Shown: positions 59,647-64,000 of the stretch, in pieces
Layout of the letters: the number at the start of each line of letters is the position of its first letter
How positions within the stretch are numbered: the stretch's first letter is position 1
From: a virus
Lineage: Duplodnaviria > Caudoviricetes
IMG/VR virus record: IMGVR_UViG_3300010340_001122
DNA length: 64,000 bases
Direction: 5' to 3' (one strand)
Program-made: the position numbers and the translations under genes
The notes under the pieces: generated by a model
Databases searched by the model: none
Seen by the model: the letters and a program-made list of their open reading frames with translations, nothing else
What the model was told of the DNA's origin: nothing

Positions 59647-61800
59647 ATGAAATCAGTTCTTATTGTTGAAAATTCAACTAATTCTTTGAGTGTATCAGAG
59701 AGTTCAATTAATAGGGATCAGCATATCTTAGGTGGTGTATTCACAGAGTTTGATGTTAAAAATCGTAACGAAAGAGTATATACAGCCGACAGATTTCTTC
59801 CTTGTTTACAAGAAATGAATGAGCGAATACAAAACATGGGCGTAGTCTATGGTGAGTTCGACCATCCGGATGTTTTCGATACTTCGTTATCGAGAGCGTC
59901 ACATATAATCACAAAAGCAAGTTACATTAAAGAAAGTAATAGAGTCGAAGGTGAAATTAAATTACTTAGTACACATTGGGGTAAAGAGGCAAAGTCATTG
60001 GTAAATGATGGTTGTCCAATTTTCGTTTCGTCACGTGCTGCTGGTATTACAGAATCTGACGGTACAGTAACATTGAAGAAATTATTTACATATGATATTG
60101 TAGCAGATCCGGGTTTTGCATCTGCAAGGATGAGTGTAAAAGTTCTTAATGAGTCATTAGGCTATAAAGACCCAAAATCTAACTTTAGGATATATGAAAT
60201 GTCCGATGAGTCAAAAATAAATGATTTATTCAATATGAACAATAATAATCTGGTGACAAAAACACAATTAACAGAATATTCTAAATATCTTGTTAATGAG
60301 TTGGCTTCTACAAAAAAAGAAGTTCGTAATGCAATTACCAAAGGTAATCTTAATCCAAAAAAATTGGAGCAATTGTTAGAATATTACGAAAATTTAAATG
60401 AGACAAATTCTCAAATAGTTAAATATTTAGATTATTTAGCTGAAAAAGTTCAAGTAATGGTAAATGAAAACACTTCACTTAAAACTACTGCTGAAAAACT
60501 TATTAAACATAATGACTATTTAGCTGAAAATCTTGAAAAGGCAATTAACTATACTGAATATGTTGCTGAAAATCTTGATAAAAACATTGAGTATTCAGAA
60601 TATTTAGCTGAAAATCTTGATAAAAACATTTCTTATTCAGAATATATCGCTGAAAATCTTGATAAAAACATTTCTTATTCAGAATATTTAGCTGAAAATC
60701 TTGACAAGAATATTGCATATTCAGAATATATTGCTGAAAATCTTGACAAGAATATTGCATATTCAGAATATATCGCTGAAAATCTTGACAAAAATATTTC
60801 ATATTCAGAATATTTGGCAGAACACCTTGATAATTCAATTGCATATTCAGAATATTTAGCTGAACATGTTGAGGGAAATATCGCATATTCAGAATATATC
60901 GCTGAAAATCTTGACGATAACATCGCATATTCAGAATATGTTGCTGAAAACTTAGATAAATCAATTTCTTATCAAGGATTGATTGTTGAAAAGTTAAATG
61001 GTGGTAGATTATTTGAATCTACTGGCGAAGAAGGTGAAATGCTTCCAACATTAAAATCTGCTGGATTCGATTCTTATGAAGAAGAGGAAGAATCAGAAGA
61101 AGAAGAGGAAGAAAACTGGAATGATTCATCTGAAGCACCTGCTGCTGATGAAACTCCAAAATTAGAATCATATGATGAAGAAGAATCTTCTGAAGATGAG
61201 TCTAGTGAAGAGTCTGACGACGACACTTATAGTGATGAGTCTAATGACGATGAATATTCTCCTGAATATGAGGGAAAATCAGACACAGAATTATCTAAAT
61301 CTATTGATAAATTGATCGAAGAAGCTAAAAAACGTAAAGCTGTTGAAACATCCGATCTACACTTTTTAAAATTCTTAAACAAATCTCAGGTTGATAGTTT
61401 CTATTCATTAACAAATGAAGAACAAGAAACTGTTACACTTTACATAAGCGAAAAAAGTTTCTTATCACAACAAGACGTGTTAAGATTAGTATCTGAGGCT
61501 TTGAGTTCAAAGAATGAATCTCTTGAAGAAAGAGTAATCAGATTGATGCCTGAAAACATCAAGCCAATCTGGAACCAATTAAATGAGAATGCTAGAAAAT
61601 CTATCTTATCACAAGCTAGACTTTATCCATCAGAAGTTCTTACAACAGAATCACAAGTTGATCACTTCTGGATGACTAGAAATCTCAAGAAAAATGAATC
61701 AGTTACTAAGAAATTAGTATCACATGAAAGCTTAATCCAAGAAGATAAAATATCTGAAAAGGAATTAACAGCAATCATGGAAAGATTCAAAAATCTATAA
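59647..61800 (+). CDS. gp21: prohead protease fused to scaffold/core domain
   Basis: KNRNERVY, GEFDHP, ASH, VSSRAAG, TYDIVADPGF..A; then YLDYLAE, 14-aa repeats and an acidic linker. Confidence 0.9.
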   Translation: MKSVLIVENSTNSLSVSESSINRDQHILGGVFTEFDVKNRNERVYTADRFLPCLQEMNERIQNMGVVYGEFDHPDVFDTSLSRASHIITKASYIKESNRVEGEIKLLSTHWGKEAKSLVNDGCPIFVSSRAAGITESDGTVTLKKLFTYDIVADPGFASARMSVKVLNESLGYKDPKSNFRIYEMSDESKINDLFNMNNNNLVTKTQLTEYSKYLVNELASTKKEVRNAITKGNLNPKKLEQLLEYYENLNETNSQIVKYLDYLAEKVQVMVNENTSLKTTAEKLIKHNDYLAENLEKAINYTEYVAENLDKNIEYSEYLAENLDKNISYSEYIAENLDKNISYSEYLAENLDKNIAYSEYIAENLDKNIAYSEYIAENLDKNISYSEYLAEHLDNSIAYSEYLAEHVEGNIAYSEYIAENLDDNIAYSEYVAENLDKSISYQGLIVEKLNGGRLFESTGEEGEMLPTLKSAGFDSYEEEEESEEEEEENWNDSSEAPAADETPKLESYDEEESSEDESSEESDDDTYSDESNDDEYSPEYEGKSDTELSKSIDKLIEEAKKRKAVETSDLHFLKFLNKSQVDSFYSLTNEEQETVTLYISEKSFLSQQDVLRLVSEALSSKNESLEERVIRLMPENIKPIWNQLNENARKSILSQARLYPSEVLTTESQVDHFWMTRNLKKNESVTKKLVSHESLIQEDKISEKELTAIMERFKNL
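60508..60972 (+). repeat. 42-bp coding repeat, about 11 copies (YSEY(L/I/V)AENLDKNI(S/A))
   Basis: TATTCAGAATAT...GCTGAAAATCTTGA at 42-nt periodicity. Confidence 0.95.
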
Positions 61801-61834
61801 TCTACAAAGTAGATAAAAAAACTAAAACTAAAAT

Positions 61835-63559
61835 ATGTCAAACATTAGAATAGACAAAATAAAAGCGGTTAAGAAGTGGTCTCCAGTATTGGAAAACATG
61901 GGTGTCGCTGGTGATAGAGTAGAATGGATGTCAGAATATGCTGAGTTTCACTCAATCAACGAAAACGCTTACGCTAACGCAACTACAGCTGGTATGGGTG
62001 CTGTTTTAAATCCAGTTATTGGTGCAAATACACCAGCTGGTACTTTAAATGGTAGCTCATGGGGCGGAACAATTGGTTCAGGTGACTTAGGTCAGAATCT
62101 TCTTCCAGTTGCTATGAAAATCGCAGCTCAAACAATCGGTCTTGACCTTGTTGCTGTTAAACCTACTCCAGGTCCAAAAATTGATTTACTTTATATTGAT
62201 TTCCAATATGATGACGTAAATACAACTGATGCTAACGCAAGACCACAAGTATTTAAAATTACTGGTGCTACTAACTTATCAACAGCTGTTGGAACAGTAT
62301 CAACTTATGCTACTACAACATCAGGATTCACACTTACATCTGGTGGCCTTAGAGGTGGTAGAGTATTCGCTACTATCGCTACATCATCTTCTATTTCAGG
62401 AGCTCCTGCTGCTGGTGCATTTTATACATCAGAACCAACTAATAAGAATGGTATTGTTGAATTTTTAGGTTTCTCACGTGTTGATGGATACCCTATGTTC
62501 AAAGCTTACAGACAAGTAAATGCTTTTGGATCAGGCGGATATGCATCTTTGAGTACACTTTCATACGAAGCTCAATTAAATACATTTAATGCAACTGCAT
62601 CTATGACTAGTCAAATTACAAACATTGGTACTCAAGTACTTACTGGAACTGTAACTATTGACTTAGTATCTGCACTTGAAGATCACCTTCCAGGTTTCTC
62701 TGCAAATTGGGCATCTTCAACTTCATCAGGTGATTATCCAATGAGTCGTCAAGCTGATGATAATAGCTATTCAGGTATTATCGGACCTAAGGTTTCTTCT
62801 AAAACAGTTGCTGTAGGTACTATTGAAGTATCAACTGCACTTAGAAGAACAGAAATTGAAGATATTAAAGCTAATACAGGTATGGATATCGTTCAAAAGA
62901 TGGAATCTATCCTTGTTAATGAATTGTCTCAAACAATTTCAAGACAAATTGTTGATAAAATCTTTTCATTGGGAACATTGAATAGAAGCACATCACCAGT
63001 TAATACTGGATTAGGTGTAACTACTGTTGGTACAACAGCATCAACAATATTCGACTTAAACACTGCTTATGTATCATCTGTTGGTGGAGAAACTACTCAC
63101 GCTGTTCAACGTAAGTTGATCACTAAGATGGTTCATGCCTCTAACTTCATTGCAACTGAAGGTCGTGTTGGTCCAGCACAATTCGCTGTAACTAATGGAG
63201 GTCTTGCTGCATCTCTTATGGATATTGCAGGATACACAATCAATCCATTTAAATCAAAAATTACTGGTCAAGGTCAACTATATCCAGTTGGTCAAATTGG
63301 TGATATTTCTATCTATGTTGATCCTTATATGAAATATAATGATAACAGAATTGTAATTGGTAGAAAGAACAACCCTGATCAACCAGGTCTTATCTTCATT
63401 CCTTACTTGATGGCTCAGTCTATCAGTGTAATTTCTGAAGCGACTTTTGCTCCAAGAATGTTGTTACGTTCAAGATACGCAATTGCAGATGTTGGATTCT
63501 TCCCAGAGAAACAATATATGACAATTGTTGTTACTGATACAGCTCAATATTTAAACTAA
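61835..63559 (+). CDS. gp23: major capsid protein
   Basis: KWSPVLE, DLVAVKP..GP, ILVNELSQTISR, IYVDPY, GRK.....GLIFIPY, F.PRMLLRSRYA. Confidence 0.93.
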   Translation: MSNIRIDKIKAVKKWSPVLENMGVAGDRVEWMSEYAEFHSINENAYANATTAGMGAVLNPVIGANTPAGTLNGSSWGGTIGSGDLGQNLLPVAMKIAAQTIGLDLVAVKPTPGPKIDLLYIDFQYDDVNTTDANARPQVFKITGATNLSTAVGTVSTYATTTSGFTLTSGGLRGGRVFATIATSSSISGAPAAGAFYTSEPTNKNGIVEFLGFSRVDGYPMFKAYRQVNAFGSGGYASLSTLSYEAQLNTFNATASMTSQITNIGTQVLTGTVTIDLVSALEDHLPGFSANWASSTSSGDYPMSRQADDNSYSGIIGPKVSSKTVAVGTIEVSTALRRTEIEDIKANTGMDIVQKMESILVNELSQTISRQIVDKIFSLGTLNRSTSPVNTGLGVTTVGTTASTIFDLNTAYVSSVGGETTHAVQRKLITKMVHASNFIATEGRVGPAQFAVTNGGLAASLMDIAGYTINPFKSKITGQGQLYPVGQIGDISIYVDPYMKYNDNRIVIGRKNNPDQPGLIFIPYLMAQSISVISEATFAPRMLLRSRYAIADVGFFPEKQYMTIVVTDTAQYLN

Positions 63560-63579
63560 TTAATAAAGTTTATAAAACA

Positions 63580-63605
63580 AAAAACCCTCCTATGGAGGGT
63601 TTTTT
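63580..63605. terminator. bidirectional intrinsic terminator
   Basis: AAAAACCCTCC-TAT-GGAGGGTTTTTT. Confidence 0.9.
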
Positions 63606-63610
63606 GTTTT

Positions 63611-64000
63611 TTATCTTTTCCATATAAATTTAGAATTACCAGCTCCGTATATTCTGTAAATTTTCAATTCTTTTAATATTTGATGTTCTGATTTATTTTT
63701 ATCATAACCCATTTTAATTAAATTACTTTTATTATAATTGTGGCGACTTAATCTTTTATTTCCTTTTATATACCAATATGATATTTTGGATTCTGAATGA
63801 TAATTCATTCCAATTTTTTCATAAAATTTACCAGCCCATTCATTTGCACTGAAACTATAGATATATTCAACATCTTTATAAGTTTTAATAAAGTAATTAA
63901 ATAATTTACTACCAGCTCCAATAACATTACTATTTAATTTATTGCAAAATCTATATAACTCATATGTTATTTTATCATTTTTACTTGACATATTTCCCCT
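63611..64000 (-). CDS. 3' end of an endonuclease-like gene paralogous to 30403-32118 (probably truncated by window edge)
   Basis: YELYRFCNKLNSNVIGAGSK...YWY...R...K..L.K.GYD.NK.E..I..EL..YR.Y.AG; frame is open to base 64000. Confidence 0.75.
   Translation of the reverse strand, partial: RGNMSSKNDKITYELYRFCNKLNSNVIGAGSKLFNYFIKTYKDVEYIYSFSANEWAGKFYEKIGMNYHSESKISYWYIKGNKRLSRHNYNKSNLIKMGYDKNKSEHQILKELKIYRIYGAGNSKFIWKR

Noticed and set aside
60508-60972. 42-bp periodic repeats as a CRISPR array
   Set aside because: No unique spacers; an in-frame coding repeat with variation mostly at synonymous positions
1-64000. Stop-codon reassignment (TAG or TGA) as in some large phages
   Set aside because: Core genes are full length in the standard code, and TAG and TGA both end plausible genes (e.g. 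3244, 26028, 35633, 13493)
1-64000. Eukaryotic giant virus origin suggested by TATA-like motifs and AT richness
   Set aside because: T4-type portal, capsid, sheath, terminase and gp55, plus bacterial intrinsic terminators, indicate a tailed bacteriophage
1-64000. tRNA, rRNA or other structured ncRNA genes
   Set aside because: Intergenic gaps are short and very AT-rich; no cloverleaf or T-loop motifs were seen by eye

Overview
AT-rich 64 kb segment of a large T4-superfamily myophage genome (standard code; ORFs end in TAA, TAG and TGA), with no RNA genes or CRISPR array visible. It holds much of the morphogenesis core in scrambled order and mixed orientation: TerS/TerL, tail sheath, tube, gp26/gp51, gp25, gp15, gp4, gp2, portal, a prohead protease-scaffold fusion and the major capsid protein. 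It also has uvsX, gp47, gp44, a gp55-like late sigma factor, gmd, clpS and several homing-endonuclease-like genes or remnants. A Bacteroidota host is inferred from TAnnTTTG promoter boxes, a Gln-rule signal peptide, the ClpS type and no obvious Shine-Dalgarno motifs. Main observations: (1) about 18 unrelated ORFs share an N-terminal MK(H/Y/I)(L/I)KxF(N/E)E-like tag resembling the T4 capsid-targeting sequence, including a peptidase/amidoligase/GNAT/cysteine-hydrolase cluster; (2) an ATATATA element lies upstream of about 30 genes, often 4-6 nt before the start codon, suggesting gp55-driven leaderless late transcripts; (3) a tape-measure-like protein ends in a peptidase-S74 autocleavage domain; (4) two genes are split by single-base frameshifts. 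All product calls come from motif recognition, not database searches.
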